From positions 62,001 to 126,000 of the forward strand of contig CAXHJY010000001.1 in assembly GCA_964016885.1 (NCBI GenBank): a stretch of 64,000 bases of DNA, given 5' to 3'. Positions 15,841-31,800 of the stretch are shown piece after piece. The first letter of the stretch is position 1. Every line of letters starts with the position of its first letter. The position numbers and the translations under genes are program-made. The DNA is from Eledone cirrhosa. Taxonomy: Eukaryota. The notes below the pieces were generated by a model. The model worked only from the letters and a program-made list of their open reading frames with translations. It made no database searches and was not told where the DNA came from.

Positions 15841-18800
15841 ACTGAACAACCACTAGATATCACTAAACAACCACTAGATATCACTGAACACCCACTAGAT
15901 ATTACTGAACAACCACTAGATACAACTGAACAACCACTAGATACAACTGAACAACCACTAGATACCACTGAACAACCACTAGATACCACGGAACAACCAG
16001 TAGATATCAATGATCAACCACAGATACCACTAGATATCACTGAACAACCACAGATACCACTGAACAACCACTAGATATCACTAAACAACCACTAGATATC
16101 ACTAAACAACCACTAGATACCACTAAACAACCACCTGATACGACTGAACTACCACTAGATACCACTGAACAGCCACTAGATACCACTGAACAGCCACTAG
16201 ATACCACTGAACAACCACTAGATACCACTGAACAGCCACTAGCTACCACTGAACAACCACTAGGTACCACTGTACAATCACCTGATACCACTGAACTACC
16301 ACTAGGTACTAACACTAAAGTACCACTAGATACCACTGAACAACTAGATACCACTAAACAACCACTAGAAACAACTGAAAAACCAGTAGATACAACTGAA
16401 CAACCACTATATACCACTAAACAACCACTATATACCACTAAACAACCAATAGATACCATTGGACAACCACTAGATACCACTAAACTACCACTAAATACTA
16501 CTGGACTACCACTAGATGCCACTAAACTACCACTAGATACCACTGGACAAACACTAGATTCCACTAAGCTACCACTGGATACCACTAAACTACCACTAGA
16601 TGCCACTATGTACCACTGGACAACCACTAGATACTACCACTAAACCACTACTAGATACTACCACTAAACCACCATTAGATACCACTGAACCATCACAAGA
16701 TACCACTAAACAACCACTTGATACCACTAAACAACCACTTGATACCACTAAACAACCACTAGATACCACTAAACAACCACAGATACCACTGAGCAACCAC
16801 TAGATATCACTGAACAACCACTAGATATCATTGAACAACCACAGATACCACTGAACAACCACTAGGTATCACTAAACAACCACTAGATACCACTGAACAG
16901 CCACTAGATACCACTGAACGACCACCAGATACCACTGAACGACCAATAGATACCACTGAACGACCACTAGTTACCACTGAACCTCCACTAGATACCAGTG
17001 AACAACCACAATATACCACTGAACAACCACTAGATACCACTGAACAACCACTAGATACCACTGAACAACCACTAGATACCACTGAACAACCATTAGATAC
17101 CACTAAACAACCACTAGATACCACTAAACAACCACTAAATACCACTGAACAACCACTAGATACCACTGAACAACCACTAGATACCACTGAACAACCACTA
17201 GATGCAACTGAACAACCAATAGATACCACTGAACAACCACTAGATACAACTGAACAACCACTCGATACTTCCACTAAACAACCACTAGATAACACTGAAC
17301 AACCACTAGATACCACTGGACAACCACTAGATACAACTGAACAACCACTAGATACCACTAAACAACCACTAGATACCACTGAAGAACCATTAGATACCGC
17401 TAAACAAACACTAGATACAACTGAACAACCAATAGATACCACTGAACAACCAGTAGATACCACTGGACAACCACTAGATACCACTGGGCAACCACTAGAT
17501 ACCACTGAACAACCACTAGATACCACTGGACAACCACTAGATACAACTGAACAACCACTAGATACCACTGAACAACCACTAGATACCACTGAACAACCAC
17601 TAGGTACCACTGAACAACCACCTGATACCACTGAACAACTAGATACCACTAAACAACCACTAGAAACAACTGAACAACCAGTAGATACAACTGAACAACC
17701 ACTATATTCCACTAAACAACCACTATATTCCACTAAACAACCACTATATACCACTAAACAACCACTAGATACTATTGGACAACCACTAGATACCACTAAA
17801 CTACCACTAGATGCCACTAAACTACCACTAGATGCCACTAAACTACCACTAGATACCACTGGACAACCACTAGATGCCACTAAACTACCACTAGATACCA
17901 CTGGACAAACACTGGATACCACTAAATACCACGGACAACCACTATGTACCACTGGACAACCACTAGATACTACCACTAAACCACCACTAGATACCACTGA
18001 ACAACCACAAGATACCACTAAACAACCACTTGATACCACTAAACAACCACTAGATACCACTAAACAACCACAAGATACCACTAAACAACCACTGAATACC
18101 AATAAACAACCACTAAATACCACTAAAGAACCACTAGATACCAATAAACAACCATTAGATACCACTAAACAACCACTAGATACCACTAAACAAAAACTAG
18201 ATACTATGACTAAACAACCACTAGATACCATTAAACAACCACTATATACCGCTGAACAACCACTAGGTATCTCTGAACAACCACTAGATACCACTAAACA
18301 AACACTAGATACCACTGGACAACCACTAGATACCATTGAACACCCACGAGATACCACTGAACAACCACTAGATACAACTGAACAACCACTAGATACCACT
18401 GGACAACCACTAGATACCACTGAACAACCACAAGATACCACTAAACAACCACTAGATACCACTGAACAACCACTAGATACCACTGAACAACCAATAGATA
18501 CAACTGAACAACAACTAGATACCACTGAACATACACTAGATACCACTGAACATACACTAGATACCACTGAACAGCCACTAGCTACCACTGAACAACCACT
18601 AGGTACCACTGAACAATCACCTGATACCACTGAACTACCACTAGGTACTAACACTAAAGTACCACTAGATACCACTGAACAACTAGATACCACTAAACAA
18701 CCACTAGAAACCACTGAAAAACCAGTAGATACAACTGAACATCCACTATATACCACTAAACAACCACTATATACCACTAAACAACCACTAGATACCACTA

Positions 18801-21800
18801 AACTACCTCTAAATACTACTGGACTACCACTAGATGCCACTAAACTACCACTAGATACCACTGGACAAACACTAGATTCCACTAAGCTACCACTGAATAC
18901 CACTAAACTACCACTAGATGCCACTATGTACCACTGGACAACCACTAGATACTACCACTAAACCACTACTAGATACTACCACTAAACCACCACTAGATAC
19001 CACTGAACAACCACAAGATACCACTAAACAACCACTTGATACCACTAGATACCACTAGATACCACTAAACAACCACTATATACCACTGAGCAACCACTAG
19101 ATATCACTGAACAACCACTAGATATCACTGAACAACCACTAGATATCACTGAACAACCACAGATACCACTGAAAAACCACTAGGTATCACTAAACAACCA
19201 CTAGATACCACTAAACAACCACCTGATACCACTGATCTACCACTAGATACCACTGAACAGCCACTAGATACCACTGAACAACCACTAGATACCACTGAAC
19301 AACCACTAGATACCACTGAACAACCAATAGCTACCACTGAACAACCACTAGATACTACCACTAAACAACCACTAGATACTGCCACTAAACAACCACTAGA
19401 TACCACTAAACAACCACTAGATACCACTGAAGAACCATTAGATACCGCTAAACAAACACTAGATACAACTGAACAACCAATAGATACCACTGAACAACCA
19501 CTAGATACAACTGAACAACCAGTAGATACCACTGGACAACCACTAGATACCACTGAACAACCACTAGATACCACTGGACAACCACTAGATACAACTGAAC
19601 AACCACTAGATACCACTGAACAACCACTAGATACCACTGAACAACCACTAGCTACCACTGAACAACCACTAGCTACCACTGAACAACCACTAGGTACCAC
19701 TGAACAACCACCTGATACCACTGAACAACTAGATACCACTAAACAACCACTAGAAACAACTCAACAACCAGTAGATACAACTGAACAACCACTATATTCC
19801 ACTAAACAACCACTATATACCACTAAACAACCACTAGATACCATTGGACAACCACTAGATACCACTAGATGCCACTAAACTACCACTAGATACCACTGGA
19901 CAACCACTAGATGCCACTAAACTACCACTAGATACCACTGGACAAACACTAGATTCCACTAAGCTACCACTGGATACCACTAAATACCACGGACAACCAC
20001 TATGTACCACTGGACAACCACTAGATACTACCACTAAACCACCACTAGATACCACTGAACAACCACTAGATACCACTGAACAACCACAAGATACCACTAA
20101 ACAACCACTAGATACCACTAAACAACCACAAGATACCACTAAACAACCACTGATTACCAATAAACAACCACTAAATACCACTAAAGAACCACTAGATACC
20201 AATAAACAACCATTAGATACCACTAAACAACCACTAGATACCACTAAACAAAAACTAGATACTATGACTAAACAACCACTATATACCGCTGAACAACCAC
20301 TAGGTATCTCTGAACAACCACTAGATACCGCTGAAAAACCACTCGGTACCACTGAACAACCACTTGATACCACTGAACAACCACTTGATACCACTGTACA
20401 ACCACTAGATACCACCGAACAACCACTAAATACCACTATACAACCACTAGATACCACTGAACACCCACTAGATACCATTGAACACCCACTAGATACCACA
20501 GAACAACCACTTGATACCACTGTACAACCACTAGATACCACCGAACAACCACTAAATACCACTATACAACCACTAGATACCACTGAACACCCACTAGATA
20601 CCACTGAACAACCACTAGATACCTCTGAACAACCACTAGATATCACTAAACAACCACTAGATATCACTGAGCAACCACTAGATATCACTGAACAACCACT
20701 AGATACAACTGAACAACCACTAGATACAACTGAACAACCACTAGATACCACTGAACAACCACTAGATACCACTGAACAACCACTAGATACCACTGAACAA
20801 CCACTAGATACTACTGAACAACCACTAGATACCACTAAACATCCACTAAATATCCACTAGATACAACTAAACAACCACTAGATACCACTGGACAACCACT
20901 ACATACCACTGAAGAACCACTAGATACAACTGAACAACCACTAGCTACAACTGAACAACCACTATATACTACCACTAAACAACCACTAGATACCACTAAA
21001 CAACCACTAGATACCACTAAACAACCACTAGATACCACTGAAGAACTACTAGATACCACTAAACAATCACTAGATACCACTGGACAACCACTAGATACCA
21101 TTGAACACCCACTAGGTACCACTGAACAACCACTAGATACCACTGGACAACCACTAGATACCACTGGACAACCACTAGATACCACTGAACAACCACTAGA
21201 TACCACTAAACAACCACTAGATACCACTGAACAACCACTAGATACCACTGAACAGCCACTAGGTACCACTGAACAACCACCTGATACCACTGAACTACCA
21301 CTAGATACTAACACTAGATACCACTGAACAACTAGATACCACTAAACCACCACTAGAAACAACGGAAAAACCAGTAGATACAACTGAACAACCACTATAT
21401 ACCACTAAACAACCACTAGATACCATTGGACAACCACTAGAGACCACTAAACTACCACTAGATGCCACTAAACTACCACTAGATACCACTGGACAAACAC
21501 TAGATTCCACTAAGCTACCACTGGATACCACTAAATACCACAGACAACCACTAGATGCCACTAAACAACCACTATGTACCAATGGACAACCACTAGATAC
21601 TACCACTAAACCACGACTAGATACCACTGAACAACCACAAGATACCACTGAACAACCACAAGATACCACTAAACAAACACTTGATACCACTAAACAACCA
21701 CTAGATACCACTAAACAACCACTAGATACCACTAAACAACCACTAGATACCACTAAACAACCACTAGATACCACTAAACAACCACTAGATACCAATAAAC

Positions 21801-24800
21801 AACCACTAGATACCAATAAACAACGACTAGATACCACTGAACAACGACTAGATACCACTAAACAAAAACTAGATACTATGACTAAACAGCCACTAGATAC
21901 CACTAAACAACCACTATATACCGCTGAGCAACCACTAGGTTTCTCTGAACAACCACTAGATACCGCTGAACAACGACTTGGTACCACTGAACAACCACTT
22001 GATACCACTGTACAACCACTAGATACCATTGAACACCCACTAGATACCACTGAACAACCACTTGATACCACTTTACAACCACTACATACCACTATACAAC
22101 CACTAGATACCACTGAACAACCACTAGATACCACTGAACAACCACTAGATATCACTAAACAACCACTAGATATCACTGAACACCCACTAGATATTACTGA
22201 ACAACCACTAGATACAACTGAACAACCACTAGATACAACTGAACAACCACTAGATACCACGGAACAACCAGTAGATATCAATGATCAACCACAGATACCA
22301 CTAGATATCACTGAACAACCACAGATACCACTGAACAACCACTAGATATCACTAAACAACCACTAGATATCACTAAACAACCACTAGATACCACTAAACA
22401 ACCACCTGATACGACTGAACTACCACTAGATACCACTGAACAGCCACTAGATACCACTGAACAGCCACTAGATACCACTGAACAACCACTAGATACCACT
22501 GAACAGCCACTAGCTACCACTGAACAACCACTAGGTACCACTGAACAATCACCTGATACCACTGAACTACCACTAGGTACTAACACTAAAGTACCACTAG
22601 ATACCACTGAACAACTAGATACCACTAAACAACCACTAGAAACAACTGAAAAACCAGTAGATACAACTGAACAACCACTATATACCACTAAACAACCACT
22701 ATATACCACTAAACAACCAATAGATACCATTGGACAACCACTAGATACCACTAAACTACCACTAAATACTACTGGACTACCACTAGATGCCACTAAACTA
22801 CCACTAGATACCACTGGACAAACACTAGATTCCACTAAGCTACCACTGGATACCACTAAACTACCACTAGATGCCACTATGTACCACTGGACAACCACTA
22901 GATACTACCACTAAACCACTACTAGATACTACCACTAAACCACCATTAGATACCACTGAACCATCACAAGATACCACTAAACAACCACTTGATACCACTA
23001 AACAACCACTTGATACCACTAAACAACCACTAGATACCACTAAACAACCACAGATACCACTGAGCAACCACTAGATATCACTGAACAACCACTAGATATC
23101 ATTGAACAACCACAGATACCACTGAACAACCACTAGGTATCACTAAACAACCACTAGATACCACTGAACAGCCACTAGATACCACTGAATGACCACCAGA
23201 TACCACTGAACGACCAATAGATACCACTGAACGACCACTAGTTACCACTGAACCTCCACTAGATACCAGTGAACAACCACAATATACCACTGAACAACCA
23301 CTAGATACCACTGAACAACCACTAGATACCACTGAACAACCACTAGATACCACTGAACAACCATTAGATACCACTAAACAACCACTAGATACCACTAAAC
23401 AACCACTAAATACCACTGAACAACCACTAGATACCACTGAACAACCACTAGATACCACTGAACAACCACTAGATGCAACTGAACAACCAATAGATACCAC
23501 TGAACAACCACTAGATACAACTGAACAACCACTCGATACTTCCACTAAACAACCACTAGATAACACTGAACAACCACTAGATACCACTGGACAACCACTA
23601 GATACAACTGAACAACCACTAGATACCACTAAACAACCACTAGATACCACTGAAGAACCATTAGATACCGCTAAACAAACACTAGATACAACTGAACAAC
23701 CAATAGATACCACTGAACAACCAGTAGATACCACTGGACAACCACTAGATACCACTGGGCAACCACTAGATACCACTGAACAACCACTAGATACCACTGG
23801 ACAACCACTAGATACAACTGAACAACCACTAGATACCACTGAACAACCACTAGATACCACTGAACAACCACTAGGTACCACTGAACAACCACCTGATACC
23901 ACTGAACAACTAGATACCACTAAACAACCACTAGAAACAACTGAACAACCAGTAGATACAACTGAACAACCACTATATTCCACTAAACAACCACTATATT
24001 CCACTAAACAACCACTATATACCACTAAACAACCACTAGATACTATTGGACAACCACTAGATACCACTAAACTACCACTAGATGCCACTAAACTACCACT
24101 AGATGCCACTAAACTACCACTAGATACCACTGGACAACCACTAGATGCCACTAAACTACCACTAGATACCACTGGACAAACACTGGATACCACTAAATAC
24201 CACGGACAACCACTATGTACCACTGGACAACCACTAGATACTACCACTAAACCACCACTAGATACCACTGAACAACCACAAGATACCACTAAACAACCAC
24301 TTGATACCACTAAACAACCACTAGATACCACTAAACAACCACAAGATACCACTAAACAACCACTGAATACCAATAAACAACCACTAAATACCACTAAAGA
24401 ACCACTAGATACCAATAAACAACCATTAGATACCACTAAACAACCACTAGATACCACTAAACAAAAACTAGATACTATGACTAAACAACCACTAGATACC
24501 ATTAAACAACCACTATATACCGCTGAACAACCACTAGGTATCTCTGAACAACCACTAGATACCACTAAACAAACACTAGATACCACTGGACAACCACTAG
24601 ATACCATTGAACACCCACGAGATACCACTGAACAACCACTAGATACAACTGAACAACCACTAGATACCACTGGACAACCACTAGATACCACTGAACAACC
24701 ACAAGATACCACTAAACAACCACTAGATACCACTGAACAACCACTAGATACCACTGAACAACCAATAGATACAACTGAACAACAACTAGATACCACTGAA

Positions 24801-25551
24801 CATACACTAGATACCACTGAACATACACTAGATACCACTGAACAGCCACTAGCTACCACTGAACAACCACTAGGTACCACTGAACAATCACCTGATACCA
24901 CTGAACTACCACTAGGTACTAACACTAAAGTACCACTAGATACCACTGAACAACTAGATACCACTAAACAACCACTAGAAACCACTGAAAAACCAGTAGA
25001 TACAACTGAACATCCACTATATACCACTAAACAACCACTATATACCACTAAACAACCACTAGATACCACTAAACTACCTCTAAATACTACTGGACTACCA
25101 CTAGATGCCACTAAACTACCACTAGATACCACTGGACAAACACTAGATTCCACTAAGCTACCACTGAATACCACTAAACTACCACTAGATGCCACTATGT
25201 ACCACTGGACAACCACTAGATACTACCACTAAACCACTACTAGATACTACCACTAAACCACCACTAGATACCACTGAACAACCACAAGATACCACTAAAC
25301 AACCACTTGATACCACTAGATACCACTAGATACCACTAAACAACCACTATATACCACTGAGCAACCACTAGATATCACTGAACAACCACTAGATATCACT
25401 GAACAACCACTAGATATCACTGAACAACCACAGATACCACTGAAAAACCACTAGGTATCACTAAACAACCACTAGATACCACTAAACAACCACCTGATAC
25501 CACTGATCTACCACTAGATACCACTGAACAGCCACTAGATACCACTGAACA
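13011..25551. repeat. Near-perfect higher-order tandem duplication, period 6250-6292 bp (about 13011-19280 and 19261-25551)
   Basis: ORF pairs 13605/19855, 14014/20264 and 14585/20835 (offset 6250, identical translations), 15586/21878 (6292), and 16037/22308, 16828/23099, 18206/24477 (6271; the two 705-aa translations differ at one residue that I could find). Confidence 0.93.
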
Positions 25552-28500
25552 GCCACTAGATACCACTGAACGACCACCAGGTACCACTGAACGACCACCA
25601 GGTACCACTGAACGACCACCAGATACCACTGAACGACCACTAGATACCACTGAACCACCACTAGATACCAGTGAACAACCACAATATACCACTGAACAAC
25701 CACTAGATACCACTGAACAACCACTAGATACCACTGAACAACCACTAGATGCAACTGAACAACCACTAGATGCAACTGAACAACCAATAGATGCAACTGA
25801 ACAACCAATAGATACCACTGAACAACCACTAGATACAACTGAACAACCACTAGATATTACCACTAAACAACCACTAGATACTGCCACTAAACAACCACTA
25901 GATACCACTAAACAACCACTAGATACCACTGAAGAACCATTAGATACCGCTAAACAAACACTAGATACAACTGAACAAACACTAGATACAACTGAACAAC
26001 CAATAGATACCACTGAACAACCACTAGATACCACTGAACAACCACTAGATACCACTGAACAACCACTAGAAACAACTGAACAACCACTAGATACCACTAA
26101 ACAACCACTAGATACCACTGAAGAACCATTAGATACCGCTAAACAAACACTAGATACAACTGAACAAACACTAGATACAACTGAACAACCACTAGATACC
26201 ACTGAACAACCACTAGATACAACTGAACAACCACTATATTCCACTAAACAACCACTATATACCACTAGATACCATTGGACAACCACTAGATACCACTAAA
26301 CTACCACTAGATGCCACTAAACTACCACTAGATACCACTGGACAACCACTAGATGCCACTAAACTACCACTAAATACCACTGGACAAACACTAGATTCCA
26401 CTAAGCTACCACTGGATACCACTAAATACCACGGACAACCACTATGTACCACTGGACAACCACTAGATACTACCACTAAACCACCACTAGATACCACTGA
26501 ACAACCACTAGATACCACTGAACAACCACAAGATACCACTAAACAACCACTAGATACCACTGAACAACCACAAGATACCACTAAACAACCACTGATTACC
26601 ACTAAACAACCACTAAATACCACTAAAGAACCACTAGATACCAATAAACAACCACTAGATACCACTAAACAAAAACTAGATACTATGACTAAACAACCAC
26701 TATATACCGCTGAACAACCACTAGGTATCTCTGAACAACCACTAGATAACGCTGAAAAACCACTCGGTACCACTGAACAACCACTTGATACCACTGAACA
26801 ACCAATAGATACCATTGAACACCCACTAGATACCACTGAACAACCACTTGATACCACTGTACAACCACTAGATACCACCGAACAACCACTAAATACCACT
26901 ATACAACCACTAGATACCACTGAACACCCACTAGATACCACTGAACAACCACTAGATATCACTAAACAACCACTAGATATCACTGAGCAACCACTAGATA
27001 TCACTGAACAACCACTAGATACAACTGAACAACCACTAGATACCACTGAACAACCACTAGATACCACTAAACAACCACTAGATACCACTAAACAACCACT
27101 AGATACCACTAAACATCCACTAAATATCCACTAGATACAACTAAACAACCACTAGATAACACTGGACAACCACTAGATACCACTGAACAACCAATAGATA
27201 CCACTGAAGAACCACTAGATACAACTGAACAACCAATAGATACCACTGAATAACCACTAGCTACAACTGAACAACCACTATATACTACCACTAAACAACC
27301 ACTAGATACCACTAAACAACCACTAGATACCACTAAAGAACTACTAGATACCACTGAACAATCACTAGATACCACTGGACAACCACTAGATACCATTGAA
27401 CACCCACTAGATACCACTGAACAACCACTAGATACAACTGAACAACCACTAGATACCACTGGACAACCACTAGATACCACTGGACAACCACTAGATACCA
27501 CTGGACAACCACTAGATACCACTAAACAACCACTAGATACCACTGAACAACCACTAGATACCACTGAACAACCACTAGATACCACTGAACAACCACTAGA
27601 TACCACTGAACAGCCACTAGCTACCACTGAACAGCCACTAGGTACCACTGAACTACCACTAGATACTAACACTAAAGTACCACTAGATACCACTGAACAA
27701 CTAGATACCACTAAACAACCACTAGAAACAACGCAAAAACCAGTAGATACAACTGAACAACCACTATATACCACTAACCAATCACTATATACCACTAAAC
27801 AACCACTAGATACCATTGGACAACCACTAGAGACCACTAAACTACCACTAGATACCACTGGACTACAACTAGATGCCACTAAACTACCACTAGATACCAC
27901 TGGACAAACACTCGATTCCACTAAGCTACCACTGGATACCACTAAACTACCACTAAATACCACAGACAACCACTAAACAACCACTATGTACCAATGGACA
28001 ACCACTAGATACTACCACTAAACCACGACTAGATACCACTGAACAACCACAAGATACCACTAAACAAACACTTGATACCACTAAACAACCACTAGATACC
28101 ACTAAACAACCACAAGATACCACTAAACAACCACTAGATACCACTAAACAACCACAAGATACCACTAAACAACCACTAGATAGCACTAAACAACCACTAG
28201 ATACCAATAAACAACCACTAGATACCACTAAACAACCTCTATACACCGCTGAACAACCACTAGGTTTCTCTGAACAACCACTAGATACCACTGAACAACC
28301 ACGCGGTACCGCTGAAGAACCACTCGGTACCACTGAACAACCACTTGATACCACTGTACAACCACTAGATACCATTGAACACCCACTAGATACCATTGAA
28401 CACCCACTAGATACCACTGTACAACCACTTGATACCACTGTACAACCACTAGATACCACTGAACAACCACTAGATATCACTAAACAACCACTAGATATCA

Positions 28501-28810
28501 CTAAACAACCACTAGATATCACTGAACACCCACTAGATATCACTGAACAACCACTAGATACAACTGAACAACCACTAGATACAACTGAACAACCACTAGA
28601 TACAACTGAACAACCACTAGATACCACTGAACAACCACTAGATACCACGGAACAACCACTAGATATCACTGATCAACCACAGATACCACTGAACAACCAC
28701 TAGATATCACTAAACAACCACTAGATACCACTAAACAACCACCTGATACGACTGAACTACCACTAGATACCACTGAACAGCCACTAGATACCACTGAACG
28801 ACCACTAGAT

Positions 28811-31800
28811 ACCACTGAACTACCACTAGATACTAACACTAAATTACCACTAGATACTAACACTAAAGTACCACTAGATACCACTGAACAACTAGATACC
28901 ACTAAACAACCACTAGAAACCACTGAACAACGAGTAGATACAACTGAACAACCACTATATACCACTAAACAACCACTATATACCACTAAACGACCACTAG
29001 ATACCATTGGACAACCACTAGATACGACTAAACTACCACTGGATACCACTGGACAACCACTAGATTCCACTAAGCTACCACTGGATACCACAGACAACCA
29101 CTAGATGCCAGTAAACAACCACTATGTACCACTGGACAACCACTAGATACCGCTGAAAAACCACTCGGTACCACTGAACAACCACTTGATACCACTGAAC
29201 AACCAATAGATACCATTGAACACCCACTAGATACCACTGAACAACCACTTGATACCACCGAACAACCACTAAATACCACTATACAACCACTAGATACCAC
29301 TAAACAAACACTAGATACCACTAAACATCCACTAGATACCACTAAACATCCACTAGATACCACTAAACATCCACTAGATACCACTAAACAACCACTAGAT
29401 ACCACTGGACAACCAATAGATACCACTGAACAACCAATAGATACCACTGAACAACCACTAGATACAACTGAACAACCAATAGATACCACTGAACAACCAC
29501 TAGATACAACTTAACAACCACTATATACTACCACTAAACAACCACTAGATACTACCACTAAACAACCACTAGATACCACTAAACAACCACTAGATACCAC
29601 TAAACAAACACTAGATACCACTGGACAACCACTAGATACCATTGAACACCCACAAGATACCACTAAACAACCACTAGATACCACTGAACAACCACTAGAT
29701 ACCACTGGACAACCACTAGATACAACTGAACAACCACTAGATACCACTGAACAACCACTAGATACCACTGAACAACCACTAGATACCACTGAACAGCCAC
29801 TAGCTACCACTGAACAACCACTAGGTACCACTGAACAACCACCTGATACCACTGAACTACCACTAGATACTAACACTAAAGTACCACTAGATACCACTGA
29901 ACAACTAGATACCACTAAACAACCACTAGAAACAACGGAAAAACCAGTAGATACAACTGAACAACCACTATATACCACTAAACGATCACTATATACCACT
30001 AGACAACCACTAGATACCATTGGACAACCACTAGAGACCACTAAACTACCACTAGATACCATTGGACAACCACTAGAGACCACTAAACTACCACTAGATA
30101 CCACTGGACTACCACTAGATGCCACTAAACTACCACTAGATACCACTGGACTACCACTAGATTCCACTAAGCTACCACTGGATACCACTAAACTACCACT
30201 AAATACCACGGACAACCACTAGATGCCACTAAACAACCACTATGTACCAATGGACAACCACTAGATACTACCACTAAACCACGACTAGATACCACTGAAC
30301 AACCACAAGATACCACTAAACAAACACTTGATACCACTAAACAACCACTAGATACCACTAAACAACCACAAGATACCACTAAACAACCACTAGATACCAA
30401 TAAACAACCACTAGATACCACTGAACAACAACTAGATACCACTAAACAAAAACTAGATACTATGACTAAACAACCACTAGATACCACTAAACAACCTCTA
30501 TACACCGCTGAACAACCACTAGGTTTCTCTGAACAACCACTAGATACCGCTGAAGAACCACGCGGTACCGCTGAAGAACCACTCGGTACCACTGAACAAC
30601 CACTTGATACCACTGTACAACCACTAGATACCATTGAACACCCACTAGATACCATTGAACACCCACTAGATACCACTGTACAACCACTTGATACCACTGT
30701 ACAACCACTAGATACCACTGAACAACCACTATACAACCACTAGATATCACTAAACAACCACTAGATATCACTAAACAACCACTAGATATCACTGAACACC
30801 CACTAGATATCACTGAACAACCACTAGATACAACTGAACAACCACTAGATACAACTGAACAACCACTAGATACAACTGAACAACCACTAGATACCACTGA
30901 ACAACCACTAGATACCACGGAACAACCACTAGATATCACTGATCAACCACAGATACCACTGAACAACCACTAGATATCACTAAACAACCACTAGATACCA
31001 CTAAACAACCACCTGATACGACTGAACTACCACTAGATACCACTGAACAGCCACTAGATACCACTGAACGACCACTAGATACCACTGAACGACCACTAGA
31101 TACCAGTGAACGACCACTAGATACCACTGAACGACGACTAGATACCACTGAACGACCGCTAGATACCACTGAACCACCACTAGATACCACTGAACCACCA
31201 CTAGATACCAGTGAACAACCACAATATACCACTGAACAACCACTAGATACCACTGAACAACCACTAGATACCACTAAACAACCACTAGGTACCACTAAAC
31301 AACCACTAGATAGCACTAAATAACCACTAGATACAACTGAACAACCAATAGATTCAACTGAACAACCAATAGATACCACTGAACAACCACTAGGTACCAC
31401 TGAACAACCACCTGATACCACTGAACTACCACTAGATACTAACACTAAATTACCACTAGATACTAACACTAAAGTACCACTAGATACCACTGAACAACTA
31501 GATACCACTAGAAACCACTGAACAACGAGTAGATACAACTGAACAACCACTATATACCACTAAACAACCACTATATACCACTAAACAACCACTATATACC
31601 ACTAAACAACCACTATATACCACTAAACGACCACTAGATACCATTGGACAACCACTAGATATGACTAAACTACCACTGGATACCACTGGACAACCACTAG
31701 ATTCCACTAAGCTACCACTGGATACCACAGACAACCACTAGATGCCACTAAACAACCACTATGTACCACTGGACAACCACTAGATACCGCTGAAAAACCA

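Noticed and set aside
16828-18945. 705-aa minus-strand ORF (and its twin 23099-25216, 688-aa 35827-37893 and the other (SSGCSVV)n ORFs)
   Set aside because: This frame of the 21-mer has no stop by construction. ORF ends coincide with monomer indels or point stops (e.g. 3835), most listed starts are alternative codons within the repeat, and there are no domains or unique sequence.
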